Shown here: positions 38,038 to 50,697 of the stretch, in pieces | Numbering within the stretch: the first letter of the stretch is position 1 | How the letters are laid out: every line of letters begins with the position of its first letter | DNA from: Mobula birostris | Lineage: Eukaryota | DNA length: 64,000 nucleotides | Direction of reading: 5' to 3' | NCBI RefSeq assembly: GCF_030028105.1 | Contig: NC_092377.1 | Location: forward strand, 4,655,079-4,719,078 | The notes under the pieces: generated by a model | The model's input: only the letters and a program-made list of their open reading frames with translations | What the model was told of the DNA's origin: nothing | Database searches by the model: none | Program-made: the position numbers and the translations under genes

Positions 38038-41000
38038 AAGCGGCCAATGAGTGAAGGGGCCAGTGAAGGAGTGGAGCTTTGAGGCTTTGACTCGAGAGGC
38101 TTCGACGAGAAGAGGCGGAGGACAAGCTAGCTCGCAGTTAGTCTTTACGATGCCTCCTGAGACTGTGATGTGCCTCTCAGGTGAGATGTGGCAGTCTCGG
38201 GGGAACGCCCCTCTCCCGCAGAGTCACATCTGCCAGAAGTGCTTGCGGCTCGGTGATCTGGAAGACCGTGTAAGCAGTCTGGAGCAGCAGCTGGATGACC
38301 TTCGACTCATAAGGGAGAATGAGGCAGTCATAGATGAGAGCTACAGGGAGGTAGTCACACCTGGGCTGTCGGAAGCAGGTCATTGGGTGACAGTCAGAGG
38401 GGGGGAAAGCGAAGGTGAGCAGACAGGTAGTGCAGAGCACCCCTGTAGTTATTCCCCTGAATAATAAGTTTACCATTCTGGTTACTGTTGGCGGGGATGA
38501 CCGACTAGGTGTGAGCCATAGTGGCAGGGCCTCCGGCACTGAGTCTGACCCTGTGGTGCAGAAGGGTGGGACGGAGAAGAGGAGAACTGTCGTCATTGGA
38601 GACTCTATAGTCAGGGGAGCAGACAGGAGATTTTGTGGACGTGAGAAGGACATCCGCAAGGTTTGTTGCCTCCCGGGTGCCAGGGTCCGGGATGTTTCTG
38701 ACCGGGTGCACGACATCCTGGTACGAGAGGGAAAGCAACCAGAAGTCGTAATACATTTTGGGATCAACGACATAGGCAGGAAGAGGGATCAGGTCCTGAA
38801 GTGTGAGTTTCAGGAACTAGGCAGAAGGCTGAAGAACAGGACCTCAAGGGTGGTGTTCTCAGGATTGCTGCCAGTGCTACGTGACAGCGATGGTAAGAAT
38901 TGGAGGAGATGGCAGTTGAATGCGTGGCTGAGGAGTTGGTGCAGGGAGCAGGGTTTTAAACTTTTGGATCATTGGGATCTCTTCTGGGGAAGGTGGGATC
39001 TGTACAGATTGGATGGGTTGCACCTGAACTCGAGGGGGAGCAATATCCTTGCAGGTAGGTTTGCTGGCATGGTTCGGGAGGGTTTAAACTAATTTGCAAG
39101 GGGGATGGGACCCAGAGTGATAGAGCAGTGAAAGAAGTGCATGGAGTAAAGCCAGATCTAACATTTAGAGAGGTTTTGAGGAAAGAGGAGCCGAATAAAT
39201 GGTGTAAAGACAGTAAGGTAGAAAGGCTGAAATGTGTGTACCTCAATGCAAGAAGCATCAGGAACAAAGGTGTTGAACTGAGAGCTTGGATACATGCATG
39301 GAATTATGATGTGGTGGTCATTACAGAGACTTAGCTGGCACCAGGGCAGGAATGGATTCTCAATATTCCTGGATTTCAGTGCTTTAAAAGGGATAGAGAG
39401 GGCAGAAAAAGGGGAGGAGGGATGGCATTACGGTCAGGGATACTATTACAGCTACAGAAAGGATGGGTAATGTAGCACGATCCTCTTTTGAGTCAGTATG
39501 GGTAGAAGTCAGGAACAGGAAGGGAGCAGTTACTCTACTGGGGGTATTCTATAGGTCCCCTGGTAGCAGCAGAGATACAGAGGAGCAGATTGGGAGGCAG
39601 ATTTTGGAAAGGTGCAAAAATAACGGGGTTGTAATCATGGGTGACTTTAATTTCCCTAATATTAATTGGCACCTGATTAGTTCCAAGGGTTTAGATGGGG
39701 CAGAGTTTGTTAAGTGTGTCCTGGATGGATTCCTGTCACAGTATGTGGACAGGCCGACTAGGGGGAATGTCATACTAGATCTAGTACTAGGTAATGAACC
39801 GGGTCATGTCACAGATCTCTCAGTGGGTGAGCATCTGGGGGACAGTGACCACCGCTCCCTGGCCTTTAGCACTATCATGGAAAAGGATAGAATCCGAGAG
39901 GACAGGAAAATTTTTAACTGGAGAAGGGCAAATTATGAGGCTATAAGGCTAGAACTTGTGGGTGTGAATTGGGATGATGTTTTTGCAGGGAAATTTACTA
40001 TGGACATGTGGTCGATGTTTAGAGATCTCTTGCGGGATGTTAGTGATAAATTTGTCCCGGTGAGGAAGATAAATAATGGTAGGGTGAAGGAACCATGGGT
40101 GACAAGTGTGGTGGAAAATCTAGTCAGGTGGAAGAAGGCAGCATACATGAGGTTTAGGAAGCAGGGATCAGATGCGTCTATTGAGGAATATAGGGAAGCA
40201 AGAAAGGAGCTTAAGAAGGGGCTGAGCAGAGCAAGAAGGCGGCATGAGAAAGCCTTTGTGAGTAGGGTAAAGGAAAACCCCAAGGCATTCTTCAATTATG
40301 TGAAGAAAAAAAGAATGACAGGAGTGAAGGTAGGGCTGATTAGAGATAAAGGTGGGGAGATGTGCCTGGAGGCTGTGGAAGTGAGTGAGATCCTCAATGA
40401 ATACTTCTCTTCGGTATCCACCAATGAGAGGGAACTTGATGACGGTGAGGACAATATAAGTGAGGTAGATGTTCTGGACCATGCTGATATTAAGGGAGAG
40501 GAGGTGTTGGAGTTGTTAAAATACATTAGGACGGATAAGTCCTCGGGGCCTGACGGAATATTCCCCAGGCTGCTCCACGAGGCGAGGGAAGAGATTGCTG
40601 AGCCTCTGGCTAGGATCTTTATGTCATCCTTGTCCATGGGAATAGTACCGGAGGATTGGAGGGAGGCGAATGTTGTCCCCTTGTTCAAAAAAGGTAGTAG
40701 GGATAGTCTGGGTAATTATAGACCAGTGGGCCTTACATCTGTGGTGGGAAAGCTGTTGGAAAAGATTCTTAGAGATAGGATCTCTGGGCATTTAGAGAAT
40801 CATGGTCTGATCAGGGACAGTCAGCATGGCTTTGTGAAGGGCAGATTCTGTCTAACAAGCCTGATAAAGTTCTTTGAGGTGGTGACCAGGCATATACATG
40901 AGAAGTGCGGAAGATGTGATCTATATGGATTTTAGTAAGGCATTTGACAAGGTTCCACACGGTAGGCTTATTCAGAAAGTCAGAAGGCATGGGATCCAGG

Positions 41001-42074
41001 GGAGTTTGGCCAGGCGGATTCAGAATTGGTTTGCCTGCAGAAGGCAGAGGGTCATGGTGGAGGGAGTACATTCAGATTGGAGAATTGTGAGTAGTGGTGT
41101 CCCACAAGGATCTGTTCTGGGACCTCTACTTTTCGTGATTTTTATTAATGACCTGGATGTGGGGGTAGAAGGGTGGGTTGGCAAGATTGCAAACGACACA
41201 AAGTTTGGTGGTGTTACAGATAGTGTAGAGGATTGTCAAAGATTGCAGAGAGACATTGATAGGATGCAGAAGTGGGCTGAGAAGTGGCAGATGGAGTTCA
41301 ACCCAGAGAAGTGTGGTACACTTTGGAAGGACAAACTCCAAAGCAGAGTACAAAGTAAATGGCAGGATACCTGGTAGTGTGGAGGAGCAGAGGGATCTCG
41401 GGGTACATGTCCACAGATCCCTGAAAGTTGTCTCACAGGTGGATAGAGTAGTTAAGAAATCTTATGGGGTGTTAGCTTTCATAAGTCGAGGGATAGATTT
41501 TAAGAGTCACGATGTAATGATGCAGCTACATAAAACTCTGGCTAGGCCACTCTTGGAGTACTGTGTCCAGTTCTGGTTGCCTCACTATAGGAAGGATGTG
41601 GAAGCATTGGAAAGGGTACAGAGGAGATTTACCAGGATGCTGCCTGGTTTAGAAAGTATGCACTATGATCAGAGATTAGGGGAGCTAGGGCTTTACTCTT
41701 TGGAGAGAAGGAGGATGAGAGGAGACATGATAGAGGTGTACAAGATAATAAGAGGAATAGATAGATTGGATAGCCAGTGTCTCTTCCCCAGGGCACCACT
41801 GCTCAATACAAGAGGACATGGCTTTAAGGTAAGGGGTGGGAAGTTCAAGGGGGATATTAGAGGAAGGTTTTTTACTCAGAGAGTGGTTGGTGCATGGAAT
41901 GCACTGCCTGAGTCAGTGGTGGAGGCAGATACACTAGTGAAGTTTAAGAGACTACTAGACAGATATATGGAGGAATATAAGGTGGGTGCTTAAATGGGAG
42001 ACAGGGTTTGAGGGTCGGCACAACATTGTGGGCCGAAGGGCCTGTAATGTGCTGTACTATTCTATGTTTTATGT
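38038..42074 (+). mobile_element. Full-length CR1 LINE: ORF1 (zinc-finger/coiled-coil plus SGNH esterase) and ORF2 (endonuclease and RT), inactivated
   Basis: ORF1 HICQKCLRL...LEQQL, then VVIGDSIVRG...GINDIG...DGLHLN (38051-39092, one frameshift); ORF2 pieces 39128-41993; tail ctattctatgttttatgtt. Confidence 0.95.
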
Positions 42075-42665
42075 TCACCCCCATTCTTTTGAATTCCAGT
42101 GAGTACAGGGACAGAGACTTCAAACACTCTACATATGACAAGCCATTCAATCACAGAATCATATTCATGAATCTCCTTTGAAGACTCTCCAATATCAACA
42201 CATCCTTGCTAAGATAAGGGGACGAAAACTGCTCACAATACTCCAAGTGGGCCTCACCCGTGCTTTATAAATCCTCAACATTATATTCTTGCTGTTATAC
42301 TCTGGTCCTCTTTAAATGAATGCTAACATTGCCTTGGCCTTCCTCATCAGCAACTCACGTTGCAAGTTAACCTTCAGGGAATCCTGCATGAGGACTCCCA
42401 AGTCCTTTTGCACCTTAGATTCTGAATTTACTCTACATTTGGAAATATTCTACCCTTTTATTTATTCTACCAAAGTGTATGATCATACACTTTCTGACAC
42501 TGTATTTCATCTGCCACTTCTTTGCCCATTCTCCTAATCTCCCCAAGTCCCTCTGTAGCCTCTCTTCTCCCTTAAAACTACCCACCTCTCCATCTACCTT
42601 CATGCTGTCTGCAACCTTTGCAGCAAAGCCATCAATTCCATCTTCTACATCATTAACATTTAATG

Positions 42666-45600
42666 TGTTACGAACTGTAATGTTTTAGAAAGAAACCAGC
42701 AGCAAGAGATTTCACACTGAGTCAAGTTTTAATGTTAAAACAACTATATTTATTAGTATCTACTTATAATAAAGTAACTTATAATAATTGAGAGCTGACA
42801 GTGAGGCTGGGGTGAAAATAAATGATGTTAAAAGTTCAAGCAAATCCGCTAATAGAAAGGTTGTGAGTGGTGGTAAAAATCTTCTGAGGGGTATATATTT
42901 CAATGCTAGGAGTATTGCGGGGAAGGTAAGTCAGCTGAGGGCGTGGATTGACACGTGGAATTATGATGTTGTAGCAATTAGTGAAACTTGGCTACAGGAG
43001 GGGCAGGACTGGCAGCTTAATATTTCAGGGTTCCGATGTTTCAGATGTGATCGAGGGAGAGGAATGAAAGGTGGGGGAGTAGCATTGCTTGTCAGGGAAA
43101 ATGTTACAGCAGTGCTCAGGCAGGACAGATTAGAGGGCTTGTCTACTGAGTCCTTATGGTTGGAGCTGAGAACCAGGAAAGGTATGGCCACATTAGTGGG
43201 GTTGTATTATAGACCACCCAATAGTCAGTGAGAATTGGAGGAGCAAATCTGCAAAGAGATAGCAGGCAACTGCAGGAAACATAAATTTGTAGTGGTAGGG
43301 GATTTTAATTTTCTACATATTGATTGGGACTCCCATACTTGTTAGGGGTGTAGATGGGTTAGAGTTTGTAAAATGTGTTCAGGAAAGTTTTCTAAATCAA
43401 CATACAGAGGTACCAACTAGAGGGGAAGCAATATTGGATCTCCTGTTAGGAAAGGAGTTAGGACAAGTGACAGAAGTCTGTGTAGGGGAGCACTTTAGTT
43501 CCAGTGATCATAACACCATTAGTTTCAACTGGATCATGGATAAGGATAGATCTGGTCCTAGGGTTGAGGTTCTGAACTGGAAGAAGGCCAAATTTGAAGA
43601 AATGAGAAAGGATCTAAAAAGCGTGGATTGGGACAGGTTGTTCTCTGGCAAGGATGTGACCGGTAAGTGGGAAGCCTTCAAAGGAGAAATTTTGAGAGTG
43701 CAGAGCTTGTATGTTCCTGTCAGGATTAAAGGCAAAGTGAATAGGAATAAGGAACCTTGGTTCTCAAGGGATATTGCAACTCTGATAAGGAAGAAGAGGG
43801 AGTTGTATGACATGTGTAGGAAACAGGGAGTAAATAAGGTGCTTGAGGAGTATAAAAAGTGCAAGAAAATACTTAAGCAGGAAATCAGGAAGGCTAAAAG
43901 AAGACATGACATTGCCTTGGTAGTCAAAGTGAAGGATAATCCAAAGAGCTTTTACAAGTATTTTAAGAATAAAAGGATCATAAGGGATAAAATTGGTCCT
44001 CTTGAAGATCAGAGTGGTTGGCTATGTGCGGAACCAACAGAAATGGGGGAGATCTTAAGTGGGTTTTTTGCGTCTGTATTTACTAAGGAAATTGGCATGA
44101 AGTCTATGGAATTAAGGGAAACAAGTAGTGAGATCATGGAAACTGTACAGATCGAAAAGGAGGAGGTGCTTGCTATCCTGAGGCAAATTAAAGTGGATAA
44201 ATCCCCAGGACCTGACAGTGTGTTCCCTTGGACCTTGAAGGAGACTAGTGTTGAAATTGCAGGGGCCCTGGCAGAAATATTTAAAATGTCGCTGTCTATG
44301 GGTGAAGTGCCGGAGGATTGGAGAGTGGCTCATGTTGTTCACTGAGGCAAGGGGACATAATAAGGAGAGTCAACATGGCTTTGTGCGTGGTAGGTCATGT
44401 TTGACCAATCTATTGGAGTTTTTCGAGGAGGTTACCAGGAAAGTGGATGAAGGGAAGGCGGTGGATATTGTCTACATGGACTTCAGTAAGGTCTTTGACA
44501 AGGTCCCGCGTGGGAGGTTAGTTAGGAAAATTCAGTCGCTAGGTATACATGGAGAGGTGGTAAATTGGATTGGACATTGGCTCAATGGAAGAAGCCAGAG
44601 AGTGGTGGTAGAGAATTGCTTCTCTGATTGGAGGCCTGTGACTAGTGATGTGCCACAGGGATCAGTGCTGGGTCCGTTGTTATTTGTCATCTATATCAAT
44701 GATCTGGATGATAATGTAGTAAATTGGATCAGCAAATTTGCTGATGATACAAAGATTGGAGGTGTAGTGGATAGTGAGGAAGGTTTTCAAAGCTTGCAGA
44801 GGGATTTGAACCAGCTGGCAAAATGGGCTGAAAAATGGCAGATGGAATTTAATATGGACAAGTGTGAGGTATTGCACTTTGGAAGGACAAACCAAGGTAG
44901 AACATACAGGATAAATGGTAAGGCACTGAGGAGTGCAGTAGAACAGAGGGATCTGGGAATACAGATACAAAATTCCCTAAAAGTTGCGTCACAGGTAAAT
45001 AGGGTCGTAAAGAGAGCTTTTGGTACATTGGCCTTTATATATGATGAGGTTGTATAAGGCATTGGTGAGGCCGAATCTGGAGTATTGTGTTCAGTTTTGG
45101 TCACCAAATTACAGGAAGGATATTAATAAGGTTGAAAGAGTGCAGAGAAGGTTTACAAGGATGTTGCCGGGACTTGAGAAACTCAGTTACAGGGAAAGGT
45201 TGAATAGGTTAGGACTTTATTCCCTGGAACGTAGAAAAATAAGGGGAGATTTGATGGAGGTATATAAAATTATGATGGGTATAGATAGAGTGAATGCAAG
45301 CAGGCTTTTTCCACTGAGGCAAGGGGAGAGAAAAAACCAGAGGACATGGGTTAAGGGTGAGGGGGGAAAGTTTAAAGGGAATATTAGGGGGGGCTTCTTC
45401 ACACAGAGAGTGGTGGGAGTGTGGAATGAGCTGCCAGACGAGGTGGTAAATGCGGGTTTTTTTTAAACATTTAAGAATAAATTGGACAGATACATGGATA
45501 GGAGGTGTATGGAGGGATATGGTCCGTGTGCAGGTCAGTGGGACGAGGCAGAAAATAGTTCGGCACAGCCAAGAAGGGCCAGAAGGGCTGTTCCTGTGCT

Positions 45601-46284
45601 GTAGTTTTTCTATGGTTAACCAAGATAAACAAAGGTTAATAGTGTTATGTGTATAAATAAGCTCCTAAACTATGTTCAGTTTTGGGAAACAAGGCTTAGA
45701 GCCTTGAGATGCTAAAGTAGGAAAGTTCAGTCATCCACAGAAAAAATGATAGGAGAGAGCAATTTGTAATCCAGGGTGAGACGTAGAGAAAAGGTGGTTA
45801 CGTCAAATTGCACAGGTAAACCAAAGTATCATCGTCGAAGAGCTTGCCCGTCGTGTTGTTCCAAATCCACATACGAGTTATCACCGAAAGTGACTTGTTA
45901 CAGGGATATCGTCTTTAAGTGGTTGCCACACAACATACCCAGGCAAGGGTTAACACATAAGTGGTGTCCACAAGATATCCTAAAAAATCCACTCCTTTAG
46001 ATTATCGAAGTGGCAGATTCACATTATGGAGCAAACTCCACTACCCCGCCGACAGTTCGTAGTTTCAAGTCTTTGCGAAGACCTCGAGAGTAGCTGTTCT
46101 CTCTCTCCACTGCGACTACGACGACCGAGAAGTCTCTCCACTGTGATTGCTGAAAAGTCTCTCTCTCCCTGTGGTTAAACTCACAGTCGGCAGTGTCAGC
46201 CTGTGACTGACATCATAGTCCCGCCTCACTTAGGCGCTCTTAAAGTGACAGTCCACAGTAAACGAAACCTGTGGGTTTGTAACA
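42666..46284. mobile_element. Solo LTR (about 790 bp: 42666-42786 plus about 45618-46284), interrupted by a CR1
   Basis: TGTTAC...GTAACA termini; 4-bp TSD aatg (42662-42665) / aacg (46285-46288), differing by one CpG-type change. Confidence 0.75.
42787..45617 (+). mobile_element. CR1 LINE ORF2 with an internal deletion, nested in the LTR
   Basis: IYFNARSI, YDVVAISETWL, YMDFSKVFDKVP, KFADDTK, PNLEYCVQFWSPNY; tail ctgtagtttttctatggtt. Confidence 0.92.
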
Positions 46285-46758
46285 AACGTAAAAAGAATTG
46301 GTCCCAACACAGACCCCTGTGGAACATCACTAGTCAATGGCAACCGACCAGAAAAGGCTCCCTAACTTCCCATTCTTTTCCTCCTGCCGATGCTCTATCC
46401 ATGGCAGTATCTTTCCTGTAATACCATGGGCTCTTAACTTGTTAAGCATCCTCATGTGTGGCACCTTGTCAAAGCCCTCGAGAATCCAAGTACACAACAT
46501 CCACTGGTTCTAGTTTGTCCATCCTGCTTGTTTTTTCTTCAAAGAATTCCAAAAGATCTCTCAGGCAAGATTTTCCCTTCAGGAAACCATGCTGACTATT
46601 TTATCATATGTCCAGATACCCTGAAACTACATCTTTTAACAATCGAATCCAACATCTTTCAAACCACTGAGGTCAAACTAACTGGCCTATAATTTCCTTT
46701 CTTCTGCCTCTCTATTTTATTGAAGAGTGGAGTAACATTTGCAATTCTGAGTGCAGTC

Positions 46759-46840
46759 TATAAAATTTTACATTGGCCAGGATTTGTGCATTCACAGTCA
46801 ATCTTTCTACTTCTGTGCTGGCTGCAGCAACCAGGAGATT
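46759..46840 (+). other. TATAAAA plus a candidate 60-nt hydrophobic mini-exon or decayed leader (46781-46840)
   Basis: TATAAAA at 46759-46765; ccag|GATTTGTGCATTCACAG...GAT T|gtaggt is phase 1 at both ends and reads (G)FVHSQSIFLLLCWLQQPGD(C); it lies 174 nt upstream of the V1 acceptor; no in-frame ATG. Confidence 0.3.
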
Positions 46841-47014
46841 GTAGGTCGGTTCAGAACAAAGTGAGAGAACTGAGCTCAGGATGAAAACAGTTACACTGCA
46901 AGTTGATATTCAATATGCAAAATATTCATAAATATTTTTTGTAAATTTCAAATTATTATGATGGTGTTTGGGGTTCTTTATCTGCCCTGACCTTCGGTTG
47001 TTTACTGCCCACAG

Positions 47015-47377
47015 GTGTAAATGAAGAGACAGTCCTGATCCAATCACCAGGAGTTGTGAAGGTGCGTGAAGGTGGAACAGTGCAGATACAGTGTGTCCTG
47101 GAGAGTGACAATGTGGATCACACTGTGGATAAATACGATGTGCACTGGTACGACTCGTACAGTAAACTGACACATAAAGAACTTATACTTAGTCTTATCA
47201 GTACTGGCCAAGTTTACAGATCATGGGGCTTCTCTGATCGATTTCAGCTTTCCAGGAACGTCGCCACTAACAGCTACTCACTGACCATCAGCAACGTGAA
47301 GATCACCGACTCTAAACTTTATATCTGTGGCATTTGGGGGGCGATCTTTGGAAAAGGAACCCAGCTGAATGTGACCA
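47015..47377 (+). CDS. V1: germline-joined VJ-type Ig domain exon, intact
   Basis: Acceptor ctgcccacag|, donor acca|gtgagt, 363 nt, phase 1-1. (G)VNEETVLIQSPGVVKVREGGTVQIQC...DVHWY...GFSDRFQLSRNVATNSYSLTISNVKITDSKLYICGIWGAIFGKGTQLNVT has both Cys, the Trp, D-x-x-x-Y-x-C and the FGxGTxLxV J motif. Confidence 0.93.
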
Positions 47378-50300
47378 GTGAGTACTTCATGTTGGCTGTA
47401 TTTCTTGTCACGTCTCTGTACAAATAACAATGACACCATGTCCTCAGTTTTATAAAGATGCCTGGTTATTATTAGTTTCTGCTGCAGAATAAAGAGTAGA
47501 ACAAACTGATTTTTTTTACTGAACAATGTTGATGACTCTTCACTGGCTCCTGAGTTCAGGGGTAATCAGAGAAAGAGGATAAATACTGGTATTGCCAGTG
47601 ACGTCCGTGTCCTGTGAATAGACAAGTGCAAAGGGAGGGACAATTGCATGGACTCAGGTGCTGAACTCTTGGTTACTGAAAGGCTCTATGGCATGGAAAA
47701 GGATAAGAATCCCTGCCCTCGATAAGCACACACTTTCCGGATCTCACTGTTTCTGAGGTAGAAAATACCACATTCACTAGCCTTTATGAAAGATAGTTAA
47801 CTTAACCTCAGGACAAAACAGCCAATAGATTACACTGAGGCTCTATATCCAACTGGACTCATACAATCATTGAGAAGTACCACCTAGGAGGCCATTCAGC
47901 CCATCTCATCTATGCCAAAACCATTTATACTGCCAATTCTTGACGACCTGCACTGGGATCATAGGCCTCCATATCCCTATTATCCATGTATCTGTCCAAA
48001 CTTCTCTTAAACCTTGATATCTAAAACCTTAAACCTTGCGCTGCCAGCTCATTCCACATGCTCATGAACTTCTGAGGGAAGAAGTTCCCCTAATGTTTCC
48101 CTTAAACTTTTCACCTATCATTCTTAACCCATGATCTCTGGTTGTAGTTCCACCCATCTCAGTAGAAAAAGCCTGCTTCGATTTACCCTCTCTATACCTC
48201 TCATAATTTTGTATGCCTCCATCAAATCTCCTCTCAATCTTCTATGTTCTAAAGACACAGTCCAAACCTATTCAATCTTTCCTTGTAACTCAAGTCCTCC
48301 AGACCCAGAAACATCTTTGTAAATTTTCTCTATACTCTTTCAAACTTATTTACATCCTTCATGTAGGTAGGTGACCAAACCTGCACACAATGCACCAAAA
48401 TAGGCCTCACTAACATCTTATACAACTTCAACATAACATCCCATCTCCTGTATTCAATTCATTGATAAATGAAGGCTAATGTGCCAAAAGCTTTCTTTAC
48501 AACCATATCAACCTGTGATGCCACTTTCAATGAATTATGGACCTGTATTTCCAGATCACTTTCTTCCACAACACTCCTCAGTGCCCTACCGTTCACTGTG
48601 TAAGTTCTACCCTGGATGGTCCTACTGAAGTGCAATGCCTTACACGTCTGTTTTGAATTTCATCGACCATTTCCCAGCCCATTTCTCCAGCAGATGTGGA
48701 TCTCTCTGCAAGCCTTGATAGCTTTCCCTGCTGTCCACTACACCCCCAATCTTGGTGTCGACCACAAATTTGTTGATCCAGTTAAAAACATTATCATCCT
48801 GATCATTGATATAGATGACAAACAATAAAAGACCCAATATAGTTCCCCATGGCACACTACTAGCCACTGGCCTCCAGAAAATGATGCAACCATCTGCTAC
48901 CACTCTATGTCTTCTCCCACAATACCAATGTCTAATCCAATTTACCACATCCTGAATGCCAAACGACTGAACCTTCTTGACCAGCACCCCTTGTGAGATC
49001 CTGTTAAATGCCTTACTGACTTCCATGTAGACAACATCTACTGCTTTGCCTTCATCCACTTTCCTGGTAACTTCCTCAAAAAACTCTCTAAGATTAGTTA
49101 GACATGACCTACCATGCACAAAGCCATGCTGACTATCGTCAATCAGTCCATGTCTATCCAAATATTTATACAGTGCCAATAGAAAAGTATTTACCTCCCT
49201 TGAAAATGTTCATATTTTGTTGTCTTACAATATTGAATCACAGTGGATATTATTTGGGATTTTTGACACTGATCAACAGAAAACAAATTCTATCGTGTCA
49301 AATTAAAACAGATCTCTACAAAGTGATCTAATTTAATTACAAATACAAAGCATAGAATAATTAATTGCATGAGTATTCACTCCCTTTAATATGACACACT
49401 GAATCAGCACTGGTGCAGCCAATTGGTTTTAGAAATCACATAAGCAGTTAAATGGAAATCACTGTGTGCATTCCAGGTGTTTCAATTGCTCGTAGTAAAA
49501 ATACACCTGTATCTGAAGACCCAGCTGCTGGCGAATCTGTGTCCTGGCAAAAACTACACCATGAAGACAAAAGAATGCTCCAAACAATTCCATGAAAAGG
49601 TTATTGAAAAGCACAAGTCAGGAGGTGGATACAAGAATATTTCAAAGTCATTGAATATCCCATGCGAACAGTTAAGTCAATCTTCAAGAAGTGGAAAGAA
49701 CATGGCACAGCTGTAGGCCTGCCTAGAGCAGGCCACCCTCAAAAACTGAGTGACTGTACAAGAAGGGGAATAGTGAGAGAGGGCATCAAGAGACTTATGA
49801 CAACTCTGGAGGAGTTACAAGCTTCAGTGGCGGAGATGGGAGAGACTGCGTATACAACAACTGTTGCCCGGGTGCATCACCCATCGCAGCTTTATGGGAC
49901 TGTGGCAAAGCGAAAGCCACTGTTGAAAAAAACTCACGTGAAATCTTGGTCAGAGATAGCCAGAATGTATATGGGTGACTCTGAAGTCAGCTGGAAGTAG
50001 GTTCTATGGCCTGATGAAATCAAAATTAAGCTTTTTGGACATCAGGCTAAAAGTTATGTTTGGCATAAGCCAAACTCAGCACATGATCAAAAGCACACCA
50101 TCCCTACCGTGATGCATGGTGGTAGCTACATCATGCTGTGGGCATGCTTCACTGCAGCAGGCCCTAGAAGGCTTGTGAAGGTAGAGGGTAAAATGAATGC
50201 AGCAAAATACAAGGAAATCCTTGTGGAAAACATGACGCAGTCTGCAGGGGAACTGCAACTTGGAAGAAGATTTGTTTTTCAGAAAGACAATGACCCTAAG

Positions 50301-50403
50301 CATAAAGCCAAAGTGACATAGGAATTGCTTATAAACAACAAAGTTAATGTCCTGGAGTGGCCAAGTCAGAGTCTAGACCTCAAACAAATTGAGAATTTGT
50401 GGC

Positions 50404-50613
50404 AAACACAAGGAATTCTGCAGATGCTGGAAATTCTAGCAACACACATCAAAGTTGCTGGTGAACGCAGCAGGCCAGGCAACATCTCTAGGAAGAGGTA
50501 CAGTCGACGTTTCAGGCCGAGACCCTTCATCTGGACTAACTGAAAGAAGAGCTAGTAAGAGATTTGAAATAGTCCTGACGAACTAGGCCTGCTGCGTTCA
50601 CCAGCAACTTTGA
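50404..50613. mobile_element. 210-bp Penelope-derived insertion with a partial hairpin
   Basis: 14-bp TSD tgagaatttgtggc (50390-50403 / 50614-50627). Same start (ggaattctgcagatgctggaaattc) and end (caccagcaactttga) as 31756-31964. The minus-strand hammerhead core is mutated (CAGAUGA). Confidence 0.88.
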
Positions 50614-50697
50614 TGAGAATTTGTGGCTTGACTTGAAAAGAGATGTTCATTCACAATCTACTAAATACTAGCTTGAAGGGATGAGTAATTATGCAAT

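Larger units (their letters stand above)
37650..46747 (-). mobile_element. Host CR1 (minus strand) present as three pieces: 37650-38037, 42075-42665, 46285-46747
   Basis: The sequence rejoins across the inserts: ...tcaatgaagtca | cccccattcttttgaattcc... and ...catcattaacattt-aatg | aacg-taaaaagaattggtccc. Confidence 0.75.

Noticed and set aside
46881-46931. ATG ORF MKTVTLQVDIQYAKYS as the V1 leader, and ATGCAAAA at 46915 as an Ig octamer
   Set aside because: The peptide is not hydrophobic and has no phase-1 donor; the motif mismatches ATGCAAAT and lies in the wrong position.
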